Shown here: positions 1 to 9,212 of the stretch, piece after piece | Position numbering within the stretch: the first letter of the stretch is position 1 | Layout of the letters: every line of letters begins with the position of its first letter | Origin: Acidobacteriota bacterium | GTDB taxonomy: Bacteria > Acidobacteriota > UBA6911 > RPQK01 > CBDFMZ01 | DNA: 64,000 bases | Assembly (NCBI GenBank): GCA_965249865.1 | Contig: CBDFMZ010000001.1 | Span: 128,415-192,414 of the forward strand | Direction of reading: 5' to 3' | Made by a program: the position numbers and the translations under genes | Notes under the pieces: generated by a model | Seen by the model: only the letters and a program-made list of their open reading frames with translations | Databases searched by the model: none | Told to the model about the DNA's origin: nothing

Positions 1-1
1 G

Positions 2-220
2 GAAATGTACTTGTCCGACATCTACACGGTCACTGCAAATCTGACCGGCACACCTGGTCTCTCCATGCCCTGTGGATTCACTGAGGAAGGCCTGCCCATC
101 GGCATTCAGATTCTAGCGCCTCATTTTCAGGAAGGGAGACTCTTACGGGTGGCGCATGCATTGGAGCAAGAATTAGCTTGTAAGCGCCCCCCCCTGGCTG
201 TGACCGATCACCACATGTAA
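2..220 (+). CDS. gatA: Glu-tRNA(Gln) amidotransferase subunit A, C-terminal fragment (5' end outside window)
   Basis: The translation ...[27 protein letters not shown] matches the conserved GatA/amidase C-terminus. The frame is open to the window start. Confidence 0.75.
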   Translation, partial: EMYLSDIYTVTANLTGTPGLSMPCGFTEEGLPIGIQILAPHFQEGRLLRVAHALEQELACKRPPLAVTDHHM

Positions 221-586
221 CGTTTCGTGACATGAGTACTTGTTATCTCCAATACCTTTAACCTTTGTTGAGGATCTGAAACCGAACCCATTAGTTATTA
301 AATACTGCATAAGTAACATCCTCATGTTAGAGGTTAAAAAGAGGGTGTGAGGTGCTGAGAGATTAGCGCTGAATCCGTCTGTGACGGATCCAGCTTGAGA
401 CCCTTCACCATGCCCACTAACCAACTCGTAAACTGAGATCAAGATCAGAAACAGTTAACTGACACTCTGGAATTAACCAGGGTGATTCAACTGGCCCTTC
501 CCATTGCTGAAGTTTCGCTGTAGTCACTATAAAAAACCAGAAGCTTATACTTGCGGCTTTTTCGGCGCTCACTCCGTGAAGTCAAG

Positions 587-1444
587 TTAGCGTTTGTGTG
601 GTAAAACCTTCGGGGATGATTTTCTTAAGAATGTTCCGGATTTACCCTCGAGACCTTCAAGCAAAGCGCCCTCTCTTAGACCACTGAGAATTTGCACAAC
701 CGCAACCCCGTGCTCTAAAACATTCAGTGCTGCTTCGACTTTCGGAACCATCCCACCCGTCAAAGCGCCTTGGCGAAGATATTCTTTTGCCTGTTCTGCG
801 TTCAACTCCGAAACAATGGTGGAAGGATCTTGCGGATCGAGGTAAATTCCATCAACGTCGGAAACTGAGATCAACCGCTCGGCACGAAGTGCAATGGCCA
901 GTTCTGCCGCCAGAGTATCCGCATTGATATTCAAAATTTGGCCCCTCGAATCGGAGCAAAGACAACTCACGACCGGGATCCATCCTAGTTGCCACAGTTG
1001 AGACAATACGGCTACCTCGATCTTTTCGACCTCCCCCACGAGACCAAAATCGATTTTCTCAACCTTCCTTTCCCCACACGTTCCCGTCCGGGTTACTGAA
1101 ATGGGTGGCCGCCTGCGGCAGCGAACTAAGTTTACATCGAAGCTAGAAATGCCAATCGCTGTCACGTCCGAAGCCAACAAACTCGCCACCAGGTCACGGT
1201 TAACGGCGGAAAAAACCATCTTGGCAGCTTCAAGGGTGGCCTCATCAGTGACGCGCCGTCCTTGATACTGTTTACTGGTAAGCCTAAGTTGTTTACTGAA
1301 TGCAGTGAGCTGTTTTCCTCCCCCATGGACGAGCACCAGGCGATGGCCCTCTCGAGCCAGTTTGGCGACCTGGCGACCCATGTGTGAACTCCCGCGGATT
1401 TCTTCTAATACTTTTCCACTGAGTTTAAGGACCAAGGTCATCAC
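587..1444 (-). CDS. argB: acetylglutamate kinase
   Basis: 285 aa with VLVHGGG and NINAD motifs of the amino-acid kinase family. It overlaps argD by 4 nt, indicating translational coupling. Confidence 0.9.
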   Translation of the reverse strand: MMTLVLKLSGKVLEEIRGSSHMGRQVAKLAREGHRLVLVHGGGKQLTAFSKQLRLTSKQYQGRRVTDEATLEAAKMVFSAVNRDLVASLLASDVTAIGISSFDVNLVRCRRRPPISVTRTGTCGERKVEKIDFGLVGEVEKIEVAVLSQLWQLGWIPVVSCLCSDSRGQILNINADTLAAELAIALRAERLISVSDVDGIYLDPQDPSTIVSELNAEQAKEYLRQGALTGGMVPKVEAALNVLEHGVAVVQILSGLREGALLEGLEGKSGTFLRKSSPKVLPHKR

Positions 1445-2604
1445 ACCTGTAACGCCTCCAGAAAAAGATCGATCTCCTTCCTGGTAATGGTCAGAGGAGG
1501 CATCAGGCGCAGGACATAGGGATCATCCGAAGTCCCAGTGAGAATTCCCTTGCGCAAAAGGATCTGTTGCATATCCTTGGCTTTAGGAGCACCCTCAGTA
1601 TCCTTCATCTTGATACCCACCAGAAGACCTTGACCCAGAATATCACCGATCTCAAGGTCGGTTAACCGTTTACGTAGATAGCGACCCATATTGAAAGAGT
1701 TCCGGCACAGATTTTCACTGGAAATCACATCCAGAGTGGCCTCTATGGCAGCACATGCCAGCGGTCCACCGCCAAAAGTAGCTCCCAGGTCCCCACTGTG
1801 CACGTGATCGGCAACAGCTTTGGTCATCAACACCGCGCTGGCTGGAAAACCCGAAGCAATGCCTTTGGCCAAGGTCACGAGGGGTGGATAAACACCGCCT
1901 CGACCGGCGTAGAGGAACGAGCCTGTTCTTCCTACACCCGTCTGAACTTCGTCAAAGATCAGAAGCGCTCCCTGTTTGCGACAAGCCCCATCGATCTCGG
2001 TGAGGATCTCGAGAGTGATCTCACGAACGCCTCCCAGGCTTTGAATGGGCTCTAGGAGTACTCCAGCAGTCTTCTGAGAAATCGCAGCCGCCACCTCGTG
2101 CACCGGTAAAATCCGATGCATCGGCACAGGTGTGTTGAGATAGGCAGAGTATTTGGAAATTCCGGTGCTGGATAGACTCCCATAGGTTCTACCATGAAAC
2201 GATCCGGTCAAAGAGATGATCTCAGCTCGACCGGTGACAGCACGGGCCAGTTTGAGGGCATTGTCGTTTGCCTCGCTGCCCGAATTGACCAAAAAAGCCT
2301 GATGGTAGGGAGAACCTGCTATTTCCACAAGCTTTCGGACTGCTCGTGAGCGCACACTGTTATAGGTCACATTGGAATAGAAGATCAGTTCCGCAACCTG
2401 TTTTTGGATGGCTTCGACAAGACAAGGGTGACAATGCCCCGTGGAAACGACGGCGTGCCCGCCATATAGATCAAGGTATTTGTTTCCATCGGAATCATAA
2501 ACGTAACAACCCTCTCCGGACTCAATCGAGATGGGGATTTTGGAATACGTTCTTGCCTGATATCGATCCTCATCGGTTCGAATCTGATCAATTCTGGTGG
2601 TCAT
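1441..2604 (-). CDS. argD: acetylornithine aminotransferase (class III PLP aminotransferase)
   Basis: 387 aa with LIFDEVQTGVGRTG, the PLP-lysine region of class III aminotransferases. It lies between argC and argB. Confidence 0.85.
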   Translation of the reverse strand: MTTRIDQIRTDEDRYQARTYSKIPISIESGEGCYVYDSDGNKYLDLYGGHAVVSTGHCHPCLVEAIQKQVAELIFYSNVTYNSVRSRAVRKLVEIAGSPYHQAFLVNSGSEANDNALKLARAVTGRAEIISLTGSFHGRTYGSLSSTGISKYSAYLNTPVPMHRILPVHEVAAAISQKTAGVLLEPIQSLGGVREITLEILTEIDGACRKQGALLIFDEVQTGVGRTGSFLYAGRGGVYPPLVTLAKGIASGFPASAVLMTKAVADHVHSGDLGATFGGGPLACAAIEATLDVISSENLCRNSFNMGRYLRKRLTDLEIGDILGQGLLVGIKMKDTEGAPKAKDMQQILLRKGILTGTSDDPYVLRLMPPLTITRKEIDLFLEALQV

Positions 2605-2622
2605 TTCTTACCTTTCGCCCGG

Positions 2623-3633
2623 TTACGGAAAAATAGGAGGGCTATTCAGAGCCGTCTCTTCCGGAAAACCACACATCAAGTTCATGTTTTGTACAGCTTG
2701 ACCGGCGGCTCCCTTTTGTAGATTGTCCAGGGTTGACCAAACGATTAAAAATCCATCCTGTGTTGCCGCTCCAAGATCCACAAAGTTTGAATGTCGGATA
2801 GAGTTGACGTCGGGACAACCGGAAACCCACCGAATGAAGTAATCCGATCCATAGTAGCGTTGGTAAAGGGCAGATACTTCCGCCGAGTTTACCCGCTGGT
2901 CCAGTTCGAGATAGTGGCTAGAGAAAATACCCCGAACAAAAGGCGCCGAATACGCCTGAAAGATGATGGAGAGGTCGGGTTTACTCATTAATTGGGTAAT
3001 CTCGGGAAGTTGTTGGTGTCGAAATGGCTTATAGGGAAACAGACTGTTGGTGCGGCGTGGATGATGGGTGCCCTGCGCCGGAGTGTTTCCAGCGCCCGAT
3101 GAACCCGTCTTGGCATCGACAAACACTGGTCCTTTGATCCAACCCTCCTGATAAAGAGGATACAGCGCTAACAGCGTCGCGGTGGCAAAGCAACCCGGAT
3201 TGGCTACCCGCCGAGTCTTTCGTATCTCCTCCCGCTTGAACTCCGACAGCCCGTAAACGAACTGTTTCTGCACTGCAGGACAGGTCATGGGAATCTGATA
3301 GAAGGTTTGAAAGATCTCGGGATCGGAGAGACGAAAATCCCCACTTAAATCGATCACGATTAACTCTTCCGGAAGTCCGGGCACAATTTTCATGGCCTCA
3401 CCATGCGGCAGTGCCAAGAAAAGGACGTCCAGTTCTGAAGCCGTAAGATCCTCTAAAGAAGAAAACTGTTTTTGTAACAAACCGCGTAGGTTGGGATAAA
3501 GATCAATCAGATTCTTACCAACATGCTGTTGGGAAGAGATCCACTCAATCCGGACTCGAGGGTGACCAAGCAGGATGTGGATTAACTCAACACCACCGTA
3601 GCCTGAGCCTCCAGCTATACCGATTTTAACCAT
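2623..3633 (-). CDS. argC: N-acetyl-gamma-glutamyl-phosphate reductase
   Basis: It has the N-terminal MVKIGIAGGSGYGG Rossmann motif and the NPGCFATA active-site Cys motif. The listed ORF begins 10 codons further upstream at a TTG (3663), but the ATG at 3633 gives the canonical N-terminus. Confidence 0.9.
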   Translation of the reverse strand: MVKIGIAGGSGYGGVELIHILLGHPRVRIEWISSQQHVGKNLIDLYPNLRGLLQKQFSSLEDLTASELDVLFLALPHGEAMKIVPGLPEELIVIDLSGDFRLSDPEIFQTFYQIPMTCPAVQKQFVYGLSEFKREEIRKTRRVANPGCFATATLLALYPLYQEGWIKGPVFVDAKTGSSGAGNTPAQGTHHPRRTNSLFPYKPFRHQQLPEITQLMSKPDLSIIFQAYSAPFVRGIFSSHYLELDQRVNSAEVSALYQRYYGSDYFIRWVSGCPDVNSIRHSNFVDLGAATQDGFLIVWSTLDNLQKGAAGQAVQNMNLMCGFPEETALNSPPIFP

Positions 3634-4706
3634 GGCATCAGAACATCCAAAATAAAGGTGCAAATCTTCCCGCCGCTATCCAAGGCATTGGCAGCCGGGA
3701 TATCCCAGTTTTCCTCGATGTAGCGTACTCCTTCCGCACTGTCTGTCACCGGCCCGGAAATGAGCAAAGGACACCCTACCTGTCCCCGACCCTTTTGAGA
3801 CATCCACTGAATACCTCCCCAGGCACCCATCAAATCATTCGCGCACAAAACCAAGCAGAGGCAGCGGCTCATCAGCCCAGCGTCTTCAAACAAGGAGGCA
3901 ACATTGTAGCCACCTAAAATGCCGTCCCCCATCTCCAACACAATGAAATCGGGCTTGGGTTGAGACAAGTGACCCAGGAGAGAGCGCGCGATCGGAGCAA
4001 GATCCCCCACATGGGTAGTCGAGGGAAGACCAAAGTCAAGAAAACTCAAGACCTTCTTCGCCCCACATCTTGTCATCGACACCGTATCCTGTAAACAAGC
4101 CACACCGGCGACCTTTCCCGCATTGACTGAGAAACCCTTTTCCGTAAAAAGCCTGAGGATCTGTTTGCAGGCAGCAGTTTTGCCGGCATTCATGCAGGTA
4201 CCCAGCACCATTACAATTGGCACATCCGGCAAGGAATTATTGAGAAGAGGAAAGGCTCGGTCCTTCAGATTGAGTGGGCGCCCTTGTTGACTGACGCTAC
4301 CCAGATATTCAACTTGGGTGGGCCACCCCAGGTCACGGTGAAAAGCCGTGCATTCCCCAATCACTCCTCCTTTATTGACCAGGTAAAGGGACATTCCTGG
4401 CCTTAGCCTGCCCGGCACCCGTCCCGAAAATCCTCGTAAAGCCCTTCGGCTTCCCAAAACACCCACGATGATTTGATCCTGGCGCAGTTCAACTCCTTCA
4501 CCTGTAACCGTCTCCAGCAGCGGATAAAAGCGATTGACTGCCCGGACCCGTGCCACAACAACTTCCCCTTCCTGTCCCATCCCGGTAGTCACAGTATGGA
4601 TGGGGACGAAAAAGGACAAAGAAGAAACCGCCGAAGCAATCAGGTCCGGAAAAACCTCCTCGGCTTTCCTGTCAACAATAGATGTCACGAATTCTTTTGT
4701 GCTCAT
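3615..4706 (-). CDS. P-loop protein, DUF1611-like (Rossmann-like N-domain plus GTxxxAGKT P-loop); first gene of the arg operon
   Basis: 363 aa with the motif VLGTCMNAGKTAAC, which resembles the GTDCxVGKxT P-loop of the DUF1611 family, and the size fits that family. It overlaps the argC start by ~19 nt, so it is co-transcribed with argCDB. The family assignment is from memory of the motif and is not verified. Confidence 0.55.
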   Translation of the reverse strand: MSTKEFVTSIVDRKAEEVFPDLIASAVSSLSFFVPIHTVTTGMGQEGEVVVARVRAVNRFYPLLETVTGEGVELRQDQIIVGVLGSRRALRGFSGRVPGRLRPGMSLYLVNKGGVIGECTAFHRDLGWPTQVEYLGSVSQQGRPLNLKDRAFPLLNNSLPDVPIVMVLGTCMNAGKTAACKQILRLFTEKGFSVNAGKVAGVACLQDTVSMTRCGAKKVLSFLDFGLPSTTHVGDLAPIARSLLGHLSQPKPDFIVLEMGDGILGGYNVASLFEDAGLMSRCLCLVLCANDLMGAWGGIQWMSQKGRGQVGCPLLISGPVTDSAEGVRYIEENWDIPAANALDSGGKICTFILDVLMPWLKSV

Positions 4707-4817
4707 TGTCCAAGCTTATCTTCCTTACTGGTTTAGAAACTGGAAAAGTAAATCTTGCCACGAAAGCTAGGGATGGACCCCTTCACAATCAGTTGAGAGA
4801 TCGAAAACACCCCCTCT

Positions 4818-4901
4818 TTATGCATAAAAAATACAATTATTCATCATAACTTCCTTCTGTCAAGCCATATTATGTATAATTATTAACTTTATTATGCATA
4901 A
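4818..4901. promoter_or_regulatory. Three TTATG(C/T)ATAA palindromic boxes (4818-4827, 4870-4879, 4892-4901) in an AT-rich region upstream of the arg operon; candidate ArgR-type operator
   Basis: The boxes are perfect or near-perfect 10-12-bp palindromes. Boxes 2 and 3 are 22 bp centre-to-centre. They lie 112-195 bp upstream of the operon's first start codon and resemble the ARG-box half-sites TGNAT....ATNCA. Confidence 0.35.
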
Positions 4902-4933
4902 TAATCACATGCTTAACTCTACACGGGAAGGAC

Positions 4934-5092
4934 TCCCTACTCGGTTTCCCATCAATATACTCACGTTTATGGTGTCACCACCCGACGGGCTGAAGAATAT
5001 GGCAGGTAGTTTATTTTGCTGTTGCCAATACGACTTCACACCGTGACATTCTTACGCAAACGTGACCATATTAATGGGAAACCGAGTAGGGA
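4934..5092. mobile_element. MITE/REP-like palindromic element, copy A (159 bp; perfect 19-bp termini tccctactcggtttcccat / atgggaaaccgagtaggga, extending to ~38-bp imperfect TIRs)
   Basis: The inverted repeat is read directly from the sequence. The inner TIR part, aatatactcacgtttatgg, recurs at loci B, C, D, F and G. It is intergenic, between rsmI and the arg-operon promoter. Confidence 0.65.
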
Positions 5093-5101
5093 TTATCCAA
5101 A

Positions 5102-5989
5102 TTAGGGTGTGGAACCCGTGACGAGTTTGTAAACCTGTTGTTTTGAAAGACCCAGTTCCCGAGCAGCCGCTTTGGTCGCATCTTTTTGGCTGACACCTCG
5201 CCTTGCGACAAGGCCGGCGACGTAAGCCGCGACATCCATTTCCCTTGTTGAATACACCTTGGTCGAGGCCTTCTCCACGACCAAGGTGTATTCGCCGCGG
5301 ATAGGTTCGTTCTCGAGCTCTCTAGAAATTTCCTGAAGGGAACCACAGTAACTGGTCTCGTGAACTTTGGTCATTTCCCGGATCAGGAAGGATTTTCGAT
5401 TTCCCAGGACCTCCTCTATCATTGCAAGTGTGGGGGATAGGCCATAGGGAGAAAGGTAAAAGATCAAGGTCGCCTTCACCGGAACTAGTTGCTTCAATTG
5501 ATCCCTTTGGGCTTTGGGCCGACGCGGAAGGAATCCAACAAAAAGAAAACGATCACTAGGAAGCCCAGAGACACTCAGAGCGGCGATGGCTGCCGACGGG
5601 CCGGGAATGGGGACGACCGGAATCCCTTTCTCGCGACACATCTGCACCAATCGATACCCGGGGTCGGAGACCAGAGGTGTGCCAGCATCGCACACCAAAG
5701 CCACCTGCCGACCTGCCATCAATTTTCCTAGCAGTTCGGAAGCCTTTTCCTCTTGATTGTGCTCATGATAGCTAGTGGTCGGCGTTTGAATGCCGAAGTG
5801 GCTGAGGAGTTTTCTGGTGTGGCGGGTGTCCTCACAAGCAAGCAGGTCCACCTCTTCCAGCACGCGACTGGCCCGTGGGCTCTGGTCTTCCAAGTTACCC
5901 AGAGGAGTAGCAACAATATAGAGGGTTCCGAGCATATACACTCTGATACATTCGGCATTCGCCACCGGACATTGATCAGGGGTTGGCAA
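5102..5989 (-). CDS. rsmI: 16S rRNA (cytidine1402-2'-O)-methyltransferase
   Basis: It has the MLGTLYIVATPLGNLEDQSPRA...DLLACEDTRHTRKLL motif of RsmI (tetrapyrrole-methylase fold). The annotated TTG start is at 5989, and an internal ATG at 5935 gives the canonical N-terminus. Confidence 0.85.
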   Translation of the reverse strand: MPTPDQCPVANAECIRVYMLGTLYIVATPLGNLEDQSPRASRVLEEVDLLACEDTRHTRKLLSHFGIQTPTTSYHEHNQEEKASELLGKLMAGRQVALVCDAGTPLVSDPGYRLVQMCREKGIPVVPIPGPSAAIAALSVSGLPSDRFLFVGFLPRRPKAQRDQLKQLVPVKATLIFYLSPYGLSPTLAMIEEVLGNRKSFLIREMTKVHETSYCGSLQEISRELENEPIRGEYTLVVEKASTKVYSTREMDVAAYVAGLVARRGVSQKDATKAAARELGLSKQQVYKLVTGSTP

Positions 5990-6031
5990 AGAGAGATAAT
6001 CTGCCCCCTGACCGATGACTCATATTCGGTT

Positions 6032-6766
6032 TTACCTGTTCATTGTCACGAGCATTTCTCGAACGGCCTGCTCCATTCCTACCAGGGCCGCCCGAGCCAC
6101 TATGTTGTGACCGATGTTGAGCTCAGCGATCTGTGCGATGTTGGCGATGGGCCGTACATTTCGATAGGTGAGGCCATGGCCGGCCAGTACATGTAAACCC
6201 AGTGACTCGGCATATTCGGCAGCGGCGGTGACTTTTTTGAGTTCTGCCAGAAAACGCTTATCTGTTTTCTGAAGTCCCTTGGGAACAGCTTCGGCATAGG
6301 CAGTCGTATTGAGCTCAATACTTCCGGCACCCACCGCCCGAGCTTGCTTAATCTGCTGAGGATGAGGATCAATGAACAGGGACACCTCTAATCCATCCTT
6401 TTTCAGTTTTTCGATACCCCGCCCAATCTCCTTTCCATTCTTCAGAACATTGAGTCCTCCTTGGGTGGTGATCTCCCCTTCCCGCTCAGGTACCAGCGTC
6501 GCCATGTCGGGGACCACTTCCAAAGCGATGGCGATCATTTCTTTGGCCAAGGCCATTTCAATGTTGAGCCGTGTTTGGATCACCTCACGCAAAAGCCTCA
6601 CATCACGTTCCTGAATATGACGGCGGTCACCCCGCAAGTGCACGGTGATCCCGTGGGCACCTCCCAATTCAGCTAAAACTGCTGCCGTAATAGGTTCTGG
6701 CTCGAAGGTCTGCCGAGCCTCTCGAATGGTGGCAATATGGTCAATGTTGATTCCCAGTTTGGTCAT
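6032..6766 (-). CDS. pdxJ: pyridoxine 5'-phosphate synthase
   Basis: The N-terminus MTKLGINIDHIATIREAR is typical of PdxJ; 244 aa. Confidence 0.9.
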   Translation of the reverse strand: MTKLGINIDHIATIREARQTFEPEPITAAVLAELGGAHGITVHLRGDRRHIQERDVRLLREVIQTRLNIEMALAKEMIAIALEVVPDMATLVPEREGEITTQGGLNVLKNGKEIGRGIEKLKKDGLEVSLFIDPHPQQIKQARAVGAGSIELNTTAYAEAVPKGLQKTDKRFLAELKKVTAAAEYAESLGLHVLAGHGLTYRNVRPIANIAQIAELNIGHNIVARAALVGMEQAVREMLVTMNR

Positions 6767-6861
6767 GTGTTCTTTCCTTCACTTCCTGAACCCGTCTTGA
6801 TTATAAGGGAATTGGAATCTTCTGGGATAAACTTCGGGAAGGAAATGAGCAAACTCCAAAT

Positions 6862-7602
6862 TCACCCGTAGCGCCCGAGCAGGTCGTTGAGTCGGATTCG
6901 AAACAGATCCCAAAGCATCCTAACAGCATCCGAGACCATGCGCACCTTACTACCTGTCACATGGTGCCACAGCACCGGAACTTCCTTCATCGGAAACCCT
7001 TTCTTTTGAGCAATGTAGAGAATTTCCACGTCGAAGCAGAAGTTTTCAATGGTCTGTTCTCGAAACAGATCCCTGCACCGATCCATTCGAAACAGCTTAA
7101 AACCACACTGGGTGTCATGAAAGGAGAGTCCCATCAACAGGCGCATGACGCGGTTGAAAAACTTTCCACTACTCTCTCTAAACCAAGATTGATGGATCTC
7201 GATCTGGGATCCTTCTACATCTCGAGAACCGAAGGCGATATCATAAGCGCCTTTGATCACTTCACGCTCCAACCGGGGCATCTGCTCAATGGGAGTACTC
7301 AGGTCGGCATCAGTGAGTAAAGCGTATTTTCCATGAGATTCAAGCATACCACGGCGCACACTATAACCTTTTCCTCGATTCTGATCATTCCGGAAGAGCC
7401 GCAATTGCCACAGGGGTTTTCCCCGGTTGGAAAAAAAACGGACTATTTCCGAGGTTTTGTCGTACGAACCATCATCCACCACTAGAATCTCAAAGGTCAA
7501 ACCCCGTAAAGTCAGGTAGGAGATGATCTGTTCGAGAGTCGAAGTTAACCGAGGTTCTTCATTGAAGGCAGGGATAATGACCGAAAGGAAAGGATCGCTC
7601 AT
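6862..7602 (-). CDS. family 2 glycosyltransferase (polyprenol-phosphate mannosyl/glucosyl-transferase-like)
   Basis: It has the VIIPAFNEE...VVDDGS GT2 signature, 246 aa. gltX ends 4 nt inside it. Confidence 0.8.
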   Translation of the reverse strand: MSDPFLSVIIPAFNEEPRLTSTLEQIISYLTLRGLTFEILVVDDGSYDKTSEIVRFFSNRGKPLWQLRLFRNDQNRGKGYSVRRGMLESHGKYALLTDADLSTPIEQMPRLEREVIKGAYDIAFGSRDVEGSQIEIHQSWFRESSGKFFNRVMRLLMGLSFHDTQCGFKLFRMDRCRDLFREQTIENFCFDVEILYIAQKKGFPMKEVPVLWHHVTGSKVRMVSDAVRMLWDLFRIRLNDLLGRYG

Positions 7603-9050
7603 TGGAGAAACCGCAAAACTCGTTCTAAGCGCCGAGTGGTTCTTTTCTTCCCCAAGGTCACGATCACGTCGAAAAGTCCCGGAGCTGCCTTCTTGCCAGT
7701 CAGCGCCACCCGCACGGCACCGAACAGCTCTCCGACCTTGATCCCGTGCCGTTTAGCCATCGCCCGGAGCACATCTTCAGTGGCTTTCAGGTCAAAAGGG
7801 TGCACATGTTGATAAGTTTTCCGAACCTCTTCGAGGGCCACTATCAACGTTTCTCGCGCTGCCAAATTTTTAGGAGACAGATATTGCTCAGTGGCGTCCC
7901 GGGCATATTCGAACTGATCGGTGAAAAAGGGTTTCCCCAGATCGACAAGGTCGACCAGTCTCCGAGCTCGTGGTTTCAAAAGGTTCAAGGTTCTCAAAAA
8001 CCAATCCCGTTCATGCGTATCCCAACTCGCATCCCACAGGCTTGTATTTTGAAGAAGCGATCGTATTTCGGGCATTAGTTGTTGAGGGGAAAGCCGCGCA
8101 ATGTGCTGTCCATTTATCCACTCCAGTTTTTGAGGATCGAAGACGGCGTTAGCCTTATTGATTCGATCCAAATTGAAAAACTGGATTAAGTCCGGACTGG
8201 TGAATAATTCCCGATCGAACCCGGGTGACCACCCCAAGAGAGCCAGATAATTTCTGATCGCCACCGGTAAAAAGCCCTGTCGTTTATATTCGAGTACCGA
8301 TGTCGCGCTGTGTCGCTTGCTCAGACGTTTCCTATCGGACCCCAGAATTAAAGGTAGGTGAACAAACACAGGAGCAGGCTGTTGGAGGGCCTGGTATAGC
8401 AAAACGTGCTTACTGGTATTGGGAAGGTGGTCGGCGCCGCGAATGACGTGAGAGATCTCCATGTCGGTGTCGTCGGCCACCACACTGAGATGATAGGTGG
8501 GCATTCCGTCAGAGCGTCGTATCACGAAATCCTCGATCTGGTCACTCGCCACCTTGATAGCCCCAAAGATGGAATCATTGAACTCGACTTGCAGGCCTGT
8601 GGGAACCTTGAAACGCAGCGCAAAAGGCTGGTTGTCGTCTAACCGGACCTTTATCTGGGAGGGAGAAAAACCACGGCAGGTCCCATTATGCTCCCCACTC
8701 TTTCGCGTCTCCCGGTTGATGAGCTTTCTGCATTCCGACCGATCCGGAGTGCAAAAACAGCGATAAGCCTTCCCTCCTTGCAGCAGTCGTTGGCACACTG
8801 AATAGTACAATTCCAACCTCTCGGATTGAAGGAAAGGGCCCTCCTCCCAATCCAGACCAAGCCAGCTCATTCCTTCCAAAATTCCCTGCACCATCTCCGG
8901 GCTCGAACGCTCAACATCGGTATCTTCAATACGAAGAATGAAAACTCCCTGATGATGGCGTGCAAACAGCCAGTTAAACAAGGCGGTTCGAGCACCTCCG
9001 ATGTGAAGATATCCAGAGGGACTCGGTGCAAATCGAACTCGTACATCCAT
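7599..9050 (-). CDS. gltX: glutamate--tRNA ligase
   Basis: It has RFAPSPSGYLHIGGARTALFNW (HIGH motif) and KLSKR (KMSKS motif); 483 aa. Confidence 0.9.
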   Translation of the reverse strand: MDVRVRFAPSPSGYLHIGGARTALFNWLFARHHQGVFILRIEDTDVERSSPEMVQGILEGMSWLGLDWEEGPFLQSERLELYYSVCQRLLQGGKAYRCFCTPDRSECRKLINRETRKSGEHNGTCRGFSPSQIKVRLDDNQPFALRFKVPTGLQVEFNDSIFGAIKVASDQIEDFVIRRSDGMPTYHLSVVADDTDMEISHVIRGADHLPNTSKHVLLYQALQQPAPVFVHLPLILGSDRKRLSKRHSATSVLEYKRQGFLPVAIRNYLALLGWSPGFDRELFTSPDLIQFFNLDRINKANAVFDPQKLEWINGQHIARLSPQQLMPEIRSLLQNTSLWDASWDTHERDWFLRTLNLLKPRARRLVDLVDLGKPFFTDQFEYARDATEQYLSPKNLAARETLIVALEEVRKTYQHVHPFDLKATEDVLRAMAKRHGIKVGELFGAVRVALTGKKAAPGLFDVIVTLGKKRTTRRLERVLRFLQ

Positions 9051-9177
9051 GGCCGTTTCCTGTCAACAAAAACTTGATTATAGCGGGCATTTGGATAACA
9101 GTCATTCTAGTGCTCTATCCCATAAAAAAACCTGATCCTTCGCAGAGTAACTTTCAGCCGAGATCAGGACCCGTGCA

Positions 9178-9212
9178 CTCGCCACAAATGTGAGTGAATT
9201 TATAAAGCTGGG
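9178..9212 (-). repeat. Solo TIR-like copy (D) of the palindromic-element family
   Basis: The reverse complement reads cccagctttataaattcactcacatttgtggcgagtg, matching the left arm of copy B (agtacccggtttataaatacgctcacgtttgtggcgagtg). It sits in the 640-bp gltX/DUF3500 divergent intergenic region. Confidence 0.5.
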
